DNA of 64,000 nt, taken from assembly GCA_964106915.2 (NCBI GenBank), contig OZ066919.1; one strand, 5' to 3'. The position numbers and the translations under genes are program-made. Under the pieces are notes generated by a model. That model was not told where the DNA came from and made no database searches. It worked only from the letters and a program-made list of their open reading frames with translations. Below, piece by piece: positions 42,641-53,975 of this stretch (its first letter is position 1; every line of letters starts with the position of its first letter). The stretch comes from Podarcis gaigeae. Taxonomy: Eukaryota.

Positions 42641-43415
42641 AGCTCAGTGGCAGAGCTCATACTTTGCTTGCCTGGGGTTCAGTTCAGTCCCTGAAAGTCC
42701 TGGCTGCTGCTCCAGACATTACAGCAGAATAAGAGAAAGAGCTTTATTAAAGCAGAGTACAGTACAGGTGGAACAGCAGAAAGGGGTTCACTCAATCCCA
42801 AAGCTCCTACAAACAGGATGGAGGAGTTAACCGTGTTAGGAGCCAGGCTAGAATCCCAAAGTCCAAGACGGGGGCATGAAGTTCACAACCATATGAGAGC
42901 AGCGAAGGTGTCCCAACAAGTTCTCCTGCCCACTTGGTAAGCTTTATTAGCTTGGTGAGAATGTCTAGCTTGTAGACATGCACACTGCTAGGGCAAGTGC
43001 ATCTGTTCTCACCAGCAGAGGCATGGTCTGACCCTGGGAGTGCTTATTAGACCTGTGCCCACTAAATCCAGTTCAGCCACCTCAAGTCATAGCTCTGAGG
43101 TCTCTCCAGCCACCAACAGCACAAGGGTAGGAAGCAGCTAGAACTCCTGTTCCAGCATTGTTGTCTGCCAGGGAAGAGCTTTCTTCAGAAAGGCTTTGCT
43201 CTACTGTCTCAAACCCCCCTCCCCATTCCTCCAGTCTGCCATCCCAGACCTGAACCCAAAGGCACTAAGAGACTCATGACATGAACATATCCGGGTAGGG
43301 ATAGGAAGGACCTCTGTCTGAAACTCTGGAGAGCTGCTGCCAGTCAGTGTAGACAATACTGGATTAGATGGACCAGTGATCTAACATACTGAGTAATACT
43401 AAAGCAGTTTCCTTT
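42641..43415 (+). mobile_element. Squam3-like SINE split by a solo LTR
   Basis: Head AGCTCAGTGGCAGAGC...TTCAGTCCCTGAA resumes at 43286 with CATATCCGGGTAGGG...GCTGCTGCCAGTCAGTGTAGACAATACTG. Confidence 0.75.
42696..43281 (-). mobile_element. Old solo LTR (Gypsy-like)
   Basis: Minus strand starts TGTCATGAG; 4-bp TSD TGAA (42692-42695, 43282-43285); AATAAA on minus at 42743-42748; removing it restores the SINE. Confidence 0.65.
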
Positions 43416-44444
43416 GTGCATGACCCATTCTTCAAAGAGCTCATACTAGCATTTCAGCTTCACAACGACCCCATGAGATGGGCAAGGCTGTGAGATAATG
43501 ACTTGCCCAAAAATACACACAGCTTTATAGCTAAGTAGCAATTTGACTGAAACGAGATTTCCCATATGCAAGCTCAGCATTCTCAGGCACTGTATGACGC
43601 TGGCCCCATTTCTGCATTTGTAGTATTAGTAAGATCCAATCTATATGCTTTGAAAACACATGAAGTCATTTGGGGGGGGGATAGTACTTTGTAAACGAAG
43701 TCTTCTGATTGCAATGAGGGTTTAATTCAGCAGTAAAATCAATCCCCGTATTTTGTGACACATTTCACTCAGGTCCTATAAAAACATTATATCTGTGGGC
43801 TTAGATGTCAGTTAAGCCAGTTGCTAAAGGTCATGTGAATATGGTCAAGATAACATATAACAAGGCAAGAATGTAAAAAAATTGTATATTACCATCAGCA
43901 TTAGTTGAGCAGAATGCTGATTAGCTGCTATCCAATGGGAAATGGGACTTTCTGTGTGGTGTTACTCAGAATAGGCCTATTGAGGTTAGAAACATGACTT
44001 AGTTCATTAATTTCAATTGTCCATGCTTAGCAGTAGTTGGTCGAATACACTTCCCCATTAAAAAAAAAAGAGTTTTAAAATATACAACAAAAATGTCTTC
44101 TTTTGGTCCTTCAAATAGGAATAACAGGGATAGTTGCACTGTGAAGTCTATTGGTTTATGATGTATTTTAGCAGCCTCTTGCCTACGACAGCTACTGATT
44201 TAACTGATATATTAAGCCACGGGGATTTCCATTTTTGTCAACCAGTTCTTCATAAAGAATTCTCTTACATTCTGTAATTAGCAATGAGAATTCTTTCAAA
44301 CCATGTAACCTGTTTTTCCAGTGGATATCTTAACATTGGGATCAGAATGGGAAATTCTTAAGGTAACTACTTTCTTAACCTATATAATTTTTTTAAAAAC
44401 CCATTAAATAGGTGGTAGTGGTAGCGGTGGGGAGATGGTATTAC

Positions 44445-44631
44445 CGGTAGACTGTCACATTTTGGCCTTGAACTGCCAGCTCTGATCACTTTGGCATTTG
44501 GTTTTTCTATTTCATCCTCAATGCACAGAGGTACAGAAACCTTCTTCTTTTTCAGTACTGCATCCTCAAAGTGGGTAAAAGTCTTAATATTTTTTTCCTC
44601 ATTGGTGAAATCATATTTCCAAAGAGTGTCT
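44445..44631 (-). CDS. C1orf141: C1orf141-like exon with conserved PLCxEDE motif
   Basis: ...KKKKVSVPLCIEDEIEKPNAKVIRAG... vs recalled human [25 protein letters not shown]/GT; phase 2->0. Confidence 0.85.
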
Positions 44632-45674
44632 CTGCATTTAAAAAAAAAAGTGATAGTAATAAGTGGTCACCAAACAATTAAATAAGCAATATTACTGGAT
44701 TCTTCAAAAGTAATGTGTTATCAGCCCAGTCCTGTGGAACACTCTGCCAGTTGAGATTCAGTGAGTGCCTTCTGTGCCCAATTTAAAAAATCTGCTAAAA
44801 ACTTTTCTATTCTGTCAGGCCTATGCAGGCAATTAAGAATACATTCCCACAATGGTTTACTGATGTTTGCTTTTCATTCCTTTTATCTTTTAACTTGTTT
44901 TTTTAAAATAAACTTTTTATGGTTTTATTGTTTGGTTTTGTTTTTATATTGTTGTAAACCACTGTGATATATTTTTTATGATACAGTGGTATATAAATGT
45001 CTGTCTGTATGTATGTATGAATGAATGTATGTGTTCAGATAATGCCTTTTGCAAGAGCACCAGATCAATTATTCACCTGGTATGCTTCAAAGCCAGTAGT
45101 AATACTACTATTAACAACAACATGCTTTTTCAATGTGTCAAGCACCTTGCACATGTTAATCTCAGTCATTCTTGCTACAACTCTAGGTCACTGTCATTGT
45201 CCTCCTATTGCATAGCAGTTCAGCTGCCATGGCTGAGCTGTAATTTAACTTGGGAATCTCCTACATCTACAGCTCTCCCACATTTCATTAAATATATTCT
45301 CATTTTTCCATAGGTTCCGGTGCATCCAATAAACAATGAACATAAAGCAGTTGCCTTGTCTTCTTGTTTGCATCAGAAAAATTGTCGTGAACGCAACTCA
45401 GGGTCTGAGGGAGAAACCACACAGACCAAAGCAAAAGTACCGGTTTTCAGAAATACTTTATTAATTCCATCTATTCAAGTGCTCTCGATTTTATAGCACA
45501 CTCACACATACTCTGCAGGGATATAGCTGCCAAAGACAGCTGCTCTGTCTAATCAGATGGCCAGTTCAACTTTACTGGGTGAGTCTGGAGAAGAAGAAAG
45601 CTGCTCCCTACCTACTTGCTATCCACGCTATGAATAATTGTAAAATATTTTGTCATATTCCCAATTTTACTTGC

Positions 45675-46438
45675 TGTCAGAACTGCCCTAGGTCCCAGCT
45701 CACAAAGGACCAACGCCAGGTCGTTGTTATATATACAAAAGTCTTTATTGAAGTTCAGTTTCCATTTTAAAGCCTTGGCGCGCAGCTCTACGTCTTAAAC
45801 TCTAGACCGCCGAAGCTCCGTCTGAATCTCCTCCCCTTCCACACCAGTTTAAGACTCTAGCCTTGCTCCACCTCCTCCTTAGCTCCTTCCTCCTCTGGGC
45901 CCTCCTGCCCGCTGGGGTCTCAGCCTTTCTGGACTCCTCTGACGCTGATTCCCCGGATTCACTCCCCACCCTCCGGCGGGCTTTAGGACCTGGTTCCCTA
46001 TCCGGGCTACCTGCTGTGCCGCTCGCCTGTACATTTGAACTTGGCGTGCGCACCCAGTCGGCAACCTTCCTTTCGACCGTTCCCTCGCTCCCCGATGGAG
46101 GCGTGGTCAGCCCTAACTCATCTTCTCTCTCTCCTGGAGGAGACGCTGGCCCTGATACCTGGGATTCTTCCCCCCCACTACGCTCTGGTGGGGAAGCTGG
46201 TCCTGACCTCCACCCGCTGCTCTGGGAGTCACCGCTGGCCCCTTGCTCCTGGCGCGTCCCCCCTGGGACCCCCCTTGCCCTGGCCATCGGCGCCCCCCTC
46301 TGGGAATCTTCCGATTCACTGGAATGGCTCATGGTATCTCTCGGGCCACTGTCATCTTCTCCCACGCTGCCCTCAAACTCCTCCCCTTCGCTCTCCATTT
46401 CCTCTCTTCCCTGTGCCTCTACTCCTGAGCCCCTGACA
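45675..46438 (-). mobile_element. Young solo LTR (764 bp, Gypsy/Ty3-like)
   Basis: TGTCAG...CTGACA termini; perfect 5-bp TSD CTTGC (45670-45674, 46439-46443); AATAAA on minus at 45744-45749; CpGs retained. Confidence 0.92.
45802..46398 (-). CDS. Intact 198-aa ORF inside the solo LTR (Ser/Glu/Gly-rich, Arg-rich C-terminus); expression unproven
   Basis: ORF track; Kozak-compatible GAAATGG; frame is open back to the LTR 5' edge. Confidence 0.45.
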   Translation of the reverse strand: MESEGEEFEGSVGEDDSGPRDTMSHSSESEDSQRGAPMARARGVPGGTRQEQGASGDSQSSGWRSGPASPPERSGGEESQVSGPASPPGEREDELGLTTPPSGSEGTVERKVADWVRTPSSNVQASGTAGSPDREPGPKARRRVGSESGESASEESRKAETPAGRRAQRRKELRRRWSKARVLNWCGRGGDSDGASAV

Positions 46439-47058
46439 CTTGCCTTTTTATTTTAGCTACAAAACCCCAAACCTGACCCTGCTGTCCTTCAGTATAGTCC
46501 AACAGACATCAAAAGCCACATAAAATAATATAGTAAAGGTATTCTTGATCCTGATGTCAAACAGATCCCAAAAAATGTGTCCTGTAAGCCTCATAAAAGG
46601 GAGGGGCAAGTATATTGGAGTTTCATATGCCCCATGGATTCCACATTCTTGGGCAAACAGGAGCATTTTTCGTACTCAAGCTGTGGCACTTTGATAGGCT
46701 CTGAACAATTCCATATATGTTAGTAGGAAATAAAAGTGAGATTGCCAAAGTGCTCTTTTGTAAGTATATATTTTATATTTTGTCATAAGTTTTATTTATT
46801 TTCTGACAGAGTATTATTTTCTTGGAATCAAAAGGGAGGAAAAAGACAGCTTAGCTTTCAACATATAATTGAAGGAAATTTATTCTGTAGGGGGACTGAG
46901 ATTTCTATGAACCATGGACTATAAAACAAAGACATGTAAAGACCCACAAATATTATTAGAGAAGGCATAAAAAGAACAAAGTATTTATAGAAAAGTGTTC
47001 TATATTTGTTACATATTAGAACCATAAGGTACAGGATAAAATACAGTCATATGATGAA

Positions 47059-47289
47059 CAGTGGTACCTCGGGTTACATACGCTTCAGGTTACATACGCT
47101 TCAGGTTACAGACTTCGCTAACCCAGAAATATTACCTCGGGTTAAGAACTTTGCTTCAGGTTGAGAACAGAAATCGCGCGGCGGCAGCGGGAGGCCCCAT
47201 TAGCTAAAGTGGTGCTTCAGGTTAAGAACAGTTTCAGGTTAAGAACAGACCTCCAGAACGAATTAAGTACTTAACCCGAGGTACCACTG
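47059..47289. mobile_element. Tc1/mariner-type MITE
   Basis: Same TIR family as 34893-35132. Confidence 0.92.
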
Positions 47290-48066
47290 TATTGGTTGTT
47301 GTGTTAAATGAATAGTTGGGAAATATTATCTAAATATATTCTGAAATAATGATACTGTATCAAAATAGTATTTACTGATTTTTATTCAATTGTTTTTATG
47401 GGAATTTGTTGACTTTGCATTTTGATGCCTGATACAAGCACCTCATCCTCCTTTGTAGCCATTTTATGCCTCCTTCTACATCTTCTCAACAGCCATGTGA
47501 GGGAGGTTAGGCTAAGAGTTGGTGATTGACCCAAGCAAAAATGAAAAGGGATTGTGAAATATGAAACTGCACCTGCGCAGAGTATGCTCTTTTTATCCAA
47601 GTTATCAAAGTGCTTTTTGATTGTGTTTTGGTGAGAGCTGTGAAAATGCACATGCTTTTTTTGTAGTCCCTGAAAGCTTACATAGTAGTACATTTGTTAC
47701 ATCGATTAATATTTTCTGGCACTGTATTTCATGCATTCCTTCTTGGGAGAAGGGGGCCGCTATTTGGGGAACCGCACAAGGGCCCCCAATTTGGTTTTAA
47801 TTTGGTGTTGCAGCTCATACAATAAAGATGTGACTAAAAATAAAGAAATCAGATCAGGTTATAGCTAACTTGTGGCAGCCCAGATGTCACTGGGCTCGAA
47901 CTAGCATTAGCCACAGCCGGCATGGCCAATCGTCAGACAAGATGGGAGCTGTCGTGCAATAACATCTGTAGGGCTATAGCTTAGCCACCACTGAGTTAAA
48001 TGCTATGCTAGTGCATTATAACAAGAAATCTATGTGCACTATTATTCCTTGATTATTAATAGTTAC

Positions 48067-48172
48067 CTTTTGTTCAGGTTATCTTGTAACGAATGGACAT
48101 TTGTACAGGATTTGACTTTACCCTTTCTCTTCAGTTCCTGATCAACTCCATGTTTGGCTTCATCATAAACAC
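48067..48172 (-). CDS. C1orf141: C1orf141-like internal exon
   Basis: AG/GT, open frame VYDEAKHGVDQELKRKGKVKSC..., phase 1->2 fits neighbours. Confidence 0.65.
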
Positions 48173-48853
48173 CTGAAATGACAATGAAATTTATTACATC
48201 TCACAAATACAATGGCATGGACAAGATAAAAGTGGCTTTTCACAGAGAACACTCATAGTAGTTTATATTAAATAATAACTTGAAGTCAGATAAAGTAGAG
48301 AATATGAGGGTGCAGGGTAGCACCGCTGTGGTTCTGTGGTTGGTCTGAGAGCTGATTCAGATACGAAAGCTCAGCATGGAGCTTCTGTCATTTATAAGCT
48401 GCTTATAAGCTAGCCACAAAGAGAACCTCCATACCTGCCCTAAACTATGGTTTCTCAATGAAATTATAAGCATCTGGTTTATTTTCATCATAATTACGTA
48501 TAAATCAAAATATAACTAGGTCAATACATTCTAACAAATATTTTATTTTGTACTCAAAAGGTTAGGAAATTTGTTTTAAGAAGTGCACGAGATGTACCGA
48601 ATAATATATGCAGAAATAAATCTTCGTCTGCTCTCCCAGTTTAGGCAAATGCTGCTGGTTCAAGAACCATCATCGCTAGTTTTCCCAGCCTTTGGGGGCG
48701 AAACTCAACAATTGGACTATGACTTTTTCAGTGATGATCTGTTTCTCACTGAGATGGTTCTTCAAAATTACTGAGGCATTTGTGAGGCCAAAGTGCTATG
48801 TAATGGCTACTATGGTTTTTGTTAGTCATTTTTATTATTTATTTTTCTCCAAC

Positions 48854-48953
48854 CTTTTCCCACAACAGCAGTTGTCCGGCCATCCTCATGACTGGTTCTT
48901 GTAAATACACTCCTGGGATAATCATCCATGTCACTCAGAGATTTCCTTTCATC
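48854..48953 (-). CDS. C1orf141: C1orf141-like internal exon (predicted)
   Basis: AG/GT, open frame DERKSLSDMDDYPRSVFTRTSHEDGRTTAVVGK, phase 0->1 bridges neighbours; no recalled homology. Confidence 0.5.
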
Positions 48954-49262
48954 CTGGTTGTTAGGAAACATTTTTTTGTGCATATGTCAAAGCAGTTATA
49001 CGGACTTACAGCAATTATCCTATGCAAGCAATATCACCTTGGGCTATAATTAAATGACATAGAGCCATATGAAGACAACATGTCTTTGATATAATTGACT
49101 CAAATTCCAAATGTTCTTTTAATACTTTGAGTTAGGTTTTATCATGTCACATGCAAGATTGTCCCATATCAATTTACACAAGAACTAGTCACATTTCTTC
49201 TGTATTCAAAATGCCTCTGTAGTCAACATAAGGCTATATTTTGAGGGGTGTCTCAGACCCAA

Positions 49263-49425
49263 AGTGTAGTGGATGGAGTGTTAAACTAGGAATTGGGAGA
49301 CCAAGATTCAAATTCCTACTCAGCCATGAAGGTCACTTGGTGACCTTGGGCCAGTCATTGCCTCTCAGCATAACTTCCTTCACAGGGATGTTGAGAGGAT
49401 AAAATGTGAAGGAAGGGGAACCATG
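49263..49425 (+). mobile_element. Old CORE/MIR-like SINE
   Basis: AGTGTAGTGG head, GGTGACCTTGGGCCAGTCA..CCTCTCAGC core. Confidence 0.65.
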
Positions 49426-50230
49426 TATTGAACACATTAATATATTTTAAAACATGCAGGTTTTTAGATCCTCTTTGATCCTAAAACAGAGGATCCTATA
49501 AACAGGATTGTATTGTTAAGGTTTATTTCATAGGAAAAATAGTGTGTGGCTCTAAATGTAATTTGTAATTACAAAAATTACTACTTATGCAAGTATTATA
49601 CTTATGCAAGTATTATAATTATACTTATATTTGTTAAATAAATATTCAAGAAAGCCTTTGCTATTTCTTTCACTATTCTGATTTCCCCCCTTGAAGCTTA
49701 TTTGTCCCATTTATATAATATGCCATTCTAAATTGCATCCCACAAAAGAGGAACAGTGTTGTTTAGTTTAACATTTAATGATTTTTATCTAAAATAATAT
49801 TTTTTAAAAATTGTTGGGATTAGCAGGCAACCAGAATTATCGACACTATCCTCCCCAAGGAGAACATTCCTTTCTTCTGCAGACTATTATGGGAACATTT
49901 GGCAGTAACACAGAACTGGTGTATTACGCAACACTATGCATCATTGTTGAAACAACCCAGGCTGATTAACACTGTCAAAGCCATGCAAATTTCCTCCATC
50001 AGTGGTACAGGCTTGCCATACAATCTACCGTAATTGGCTTCCTCTTTAATACATCATGCAAACATATGTTTTGACCAAAAATAACAATGTCTAACTAACC
50101 ACCACCACCACCACCGATTAATTTTTCAGCAAATAAGAACCAGTTGACCCATATACCAGACAAGTGTGCTAGATCGTTCAATAAATTATTTTATAGAAAC
50201 AGCAAGAAAACGCTTGGCAGCATGGCTCAC

Positions 50231-50340
50231 CTCTGACATTCTCCCAGGTCTTTTCTGAACTTCTGTGGCGGAATGAGCAGATTTAAGTCTTTGTTTTAGT
50301 TTCAGGAGCGTGAAACCTCCATCTAGAGCCTCCATGTTCA
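50231..50340 (-). CDS. C1orf141: C1orf141-like internal exon (predicted)
   Basis: Pyrimidine tract + CAG, donor GTGAGC; NMEALDGGFTLLKLKQRLKSAHSATEVQKRPGRMSE; phase 1->0. Confidence 0.55.
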
Positions 50341-50404
50341 CTGAAAAAACATTAAAATGTGAATAAATCACATTTTTGATGTTGTCTCTAATGTTATTGG
50401 TCAC

Positions 50405-50606
50405 CCACCGAACTCAAACCCAGCTCTGGCTCTTCTGTCGCTAGACACAGATCTAGATTCTCTCCCCTCATACGAAGAAAGGAACTTACTGCCATGCTGT
50501 TTACTGCTGCCTGTTTAGAGATTGGCTCCCATTGTAAAGACTCCAAAGGACAATTTCTGGCAGGATGGCTAGAAAATGTTTGGGATTTTTGGCTCTTTCT
50601 GGGCAC
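50405..50606 (-). CDS. C1orf141: C1orf141-like internal exon (predicted; donor ambiguous)
   Basis: Open frame VPRKSQKSQTFSSHPARNC...; phase 0->1 with donor at 50404; competing donors at 50489 and 50408. Confidence 0.45.
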
Positions 50607-51968
50607 CTAATGCAACATGGAAGCGTTATTAGAGGTCAAACTGGGCATGATCATTTCAATAATGTGTGATCACCATGTAAATAGAAGTGATGGTAATGTA
50701 AGACCTCCACTACTCATGCTTCCTTGTGGAGAGGTTATGTCACAGATAGTTAAATCCTTGACAATGTGTTCAATGTTTCAGTTATTTTATAGTGTCCTCA
50801 CTCAACTTTCATTTTTAAATGCAATTGATATATGCATGTAACACTGTACAAGTTTTGTTGGAACTGACCAATGCTATTTTACTGCATTTTTTAAAAACAA
50901 AATTCTATTAAAAAATCAAATTGTACAGCACTGAAGCCCACTGGGATAATTCAGTCTTCAATGGGCAGTATTCGATGACTGTAATCCCATATCCTATATT
51001 ATACTGCATACTAATATTGACCACATTCTCCTAGTGTGGATCCTTTTGGAGTCAAAATGGTGCCATCAACACAGAAGAGGAAGGTACCATCAGGCTTGGG
51101 GGAACCCTAGTTGCAGAAGTACTAAAAAAAATAATGGGGGGGGGAGGGTGTGGAATGTTCCAAACCAATTCCCTGCTTTAAATAAAAACAGCAAACATAC
51201 CTCTCTGATTAGTTGGTTTATGTTTCAGGTAGCTTGGAGCACTAAATAGCCTCACAACAGGTTTTCCAGAGTGATCCTTCCTTTGTGTTGACTGAGATTG
51301 GGGCCTAACAGTAATACAATAACAACAGCTGTAAACTATGGGAAACATTATATGGCTGGATACGGTTAAATAGCTTTGGGAAAGGCAGCAGAAAAGAATG
51401 TCAGCATCTTGTCAGCTTTAAAGAGATTATTTTAATTGACATGTTGGTTTTCACGGGATTACTTGTATTTACACACTAGTTTATTTCTTAAATGTTATAG
51501 TCCGTTCTTTCAACATAAAGTTATTTTTTTAAAAATTAAATTATTTTGAAATAAATTTCAGGACAGATTTCAACAAAATCATAAAGCAGTGAACAAAACA
51601 ACCCAAATGTAACAAAAAAACATTGTGGGTGGGGGCAGCCATGCAATCCTTGAAGCTGGAGACGTGAGGTTGTTGGACAGGATCACCCTGGGTTCTTATT
51701 CACCAAATTTATGCCCCATTCTTTCTCCAACAAACTCAAAGCACCAAACCTGGTTCTCTCCCTTTTATTTTCCCCCAACTCCCTGTGAGGTAGCTTAGGC
51801 CCAAAGCTTAGGCACACATCTCTTACTTTTGGAATGCATGCATGCATATTACATACATACACAATGAATATGTTTCTGCAAGATAAGGGTTAGTGTAACC
51901 CTCAGCAGAAAGGTGGAAGGTATTTGTTCCACAGAAATGTTTGTTTGTTCTGTACAAACTCAACAGAC

Positions 51969-52122
51969 CCGCCATGCTAGTAAGCTTTCATTGTGCTTGC
52001 AGCATATGCGGGAGCTGGGCTGAGTCCTCCACTTGTTAGCTAACTTATTATTGTTGGCCAAGGTCCTTGCATTGGAAGACAAAAACGAGCGAAGGATTGG
52101 ATACAACATGACAAGTCTCCAT
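51969..52122 (-). CDS. C1orf141: C1orf141-like internal exon (predicted)
   Basis: Open frame WRLVMLYPILRSFLSSNART..., phase 2->0 fits; weak donor GTCTGT. Confidence 0.4.
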
Positions 52123-52261
52123 CTGCACCAAGACACTGATAAATAAATTCATCCTATTTATTGTAAAAAAAAAAAAAAATTGATCGTTAAACACCCCCCC
52201 CCCGATAAAATTATTAGTAAAAACAGCAATTTAAAGCATTCAAATAATAATTAAAATAAGT

Positions 52262-52680
52262 GATAAGCTAAATAAAAAATTAAAACACATGTAAAATGAT
52301 CTACATATCTGAGTAGGCTTGTCTATACAAAAATGTTTCTAAAAGGCACCAAAAAGAGTACAGTGAAGGCATCTGCCTGATGTTAATAGGCAGGGAATTC
52401 TAAAGTGTAGGTGCTACCACACTAAATGACTGGTTTCTTATAAATGCAGAGCAAGTATTATGTAGCACCTGTAACAGTCCCAGTTCCACAGACTGAAGCG
52501 GTCCAGTATAAATATATGGGATAAGGTGAAACCACTGGTAAACTGGTCCCAAGTTGTTAAGGGGTTTATATACTAATCATATTGTCTTGAACTTGATCTG
52601 GTATCAGATTGGTAACTAGTGCAGGTCTCTGAGCACAGGCGTCACATGCTGACAGCGTCTTACTCCCGTAAGTAATCATC
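52262..52680 (-). mobile_element. LINE (L2-like) 3' fragment
   Basis: Resembles the minus-strand 3' end of the L2-like elements seen elsewhere in the window. Confidence 0.5.
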
Positions 52681-53182
52681 ACTCAAATCAATCATTTTAT
52701 TTGTATGCCTCCTTTCCGAACTTATAACCATTCTCAAGGTGCCTTACAACTTTGTAGAAATTAAAGAACTACAAACATAACAAAAATAGTCATAAAGAAA
52801 ACATCAAAAAGTACACAACCAAATGTGGAACCATTTCCACATATAAAAATGTGATACAAGATAAAGATGCGAATAATTAACAGCAACAACTCCCACCCCC
52901 AACAAACAATACCCCAGCCCGAGATTCTGTTCAGCAACCTCAGCTTTTGTAGCTGGAGTCAGTCAGTGTCCTGCCCTCCCAGGCCAGGTGGGGAAAGGCC
53001 TGCAAGGCAGGGAGCAGCTCTTCCACACATCCAAATAGATTTGATTTTTATCCATTCTTTTATTAGACACAAATTTAAACATAAAACCTATCCTGTACCT
53101 GCTGCAAATTGTATACATACATTTATTCATAATGATTATGTCCACAAAGTATTCTAAATTGAGCAAGGAATATGAATACATA

Positions 53183-53546
53183 AGGTAAAGGTAAAGGTAC
53201 CCCTGCCCGTACGGGCCAGTCTTGACAGACTCTGGGGTTGTGCGCCCATCTCACTCAAGAGGCCAGGGGCCAGCGCTGTCCGGAGACACTTCCGGGTCAC
53301 GTGGCCAGCGTGACATCGCTGCTCTGGCGAGCCAGAGCTGCACACGGAAACGCCGTTTACCTTCCCGCTGGTAAGCGGTCCCTATTTATCTACTTGCACC
53401 CGGAGGTGCTTTCGAACTGCTAGGTTGGCAGGCGCTGGGACCGAGCAGCGGGAGCGCACCCCGCCGCAGGGATTCGAACCGCCGACCTTTCGATCGGCAA
53501 GTCCTAGGCGCTGAGGCTTTAACCCACAGTGCCACCTGCGTCCCCC
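53183..53546 (-). mobile_element. Sauria SINE (Squam1), full length, young
   Basis: Complete head/body/(ACCTTT)n tail; 13-bp TSD ATATGAATACATA (53170-53182, 53547-53559). Confidence 0.95.
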
Positions 53547-53805
53547 ATATGAATACATACCTCTTTCTAAATAAGGACCATTTTTTAAAAAAATGATGAG
53601 AAACTACACTAAATCATAAAGAACCACCTTATTTGTCCACCTTACTTACTAGTGTATCAGACCAGTCCTCAGGGTTCAGAGAGCAATACAAAGCATTCTG
53701 AGGAGTCAAGTGGGGAAACTATAGTATGGAGATCGTTCAAGAAGATGGACTTAACTACCAAAAATAAACACCGGTATGAACTTAAGGGGTGGGTGGGTGT
53801 CTCAC

Positions 53806-53975
53806 CTTTGTGACTGCTGAACTGCGCTCTGATCATCTTGAATAACATGCTGAGTGGATGGAGTTACAGAAATACTTGATTTTACAGATCGAGACAATTC
53901 ATAATTCAGATTCAAGTCAAATGTCAGGGGAGTTCTCACACACGGGTTTACCTGTACTCTCCCCAGCTTTCGGCA
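53806..53975 (-). CDS. C1orf141: C1orf141-like exon with PLTFD motif
   Basis: CRKLGRVQVNPCVRTPLTFDLNLNYE vs recalled human AIPLTFDFQLEFEE; AG/GTGAG; phase 0->2. Confidence 0.8.

Noticed and set aside
45863-46456. 197-aa plus-strand ORF opposite the LTR ORF
   Set aside because: Antisense shadow of a GC-rich frame with a non-ATG start that runs out of the LTR. It also warns that GC content alone favours long ORFs here.
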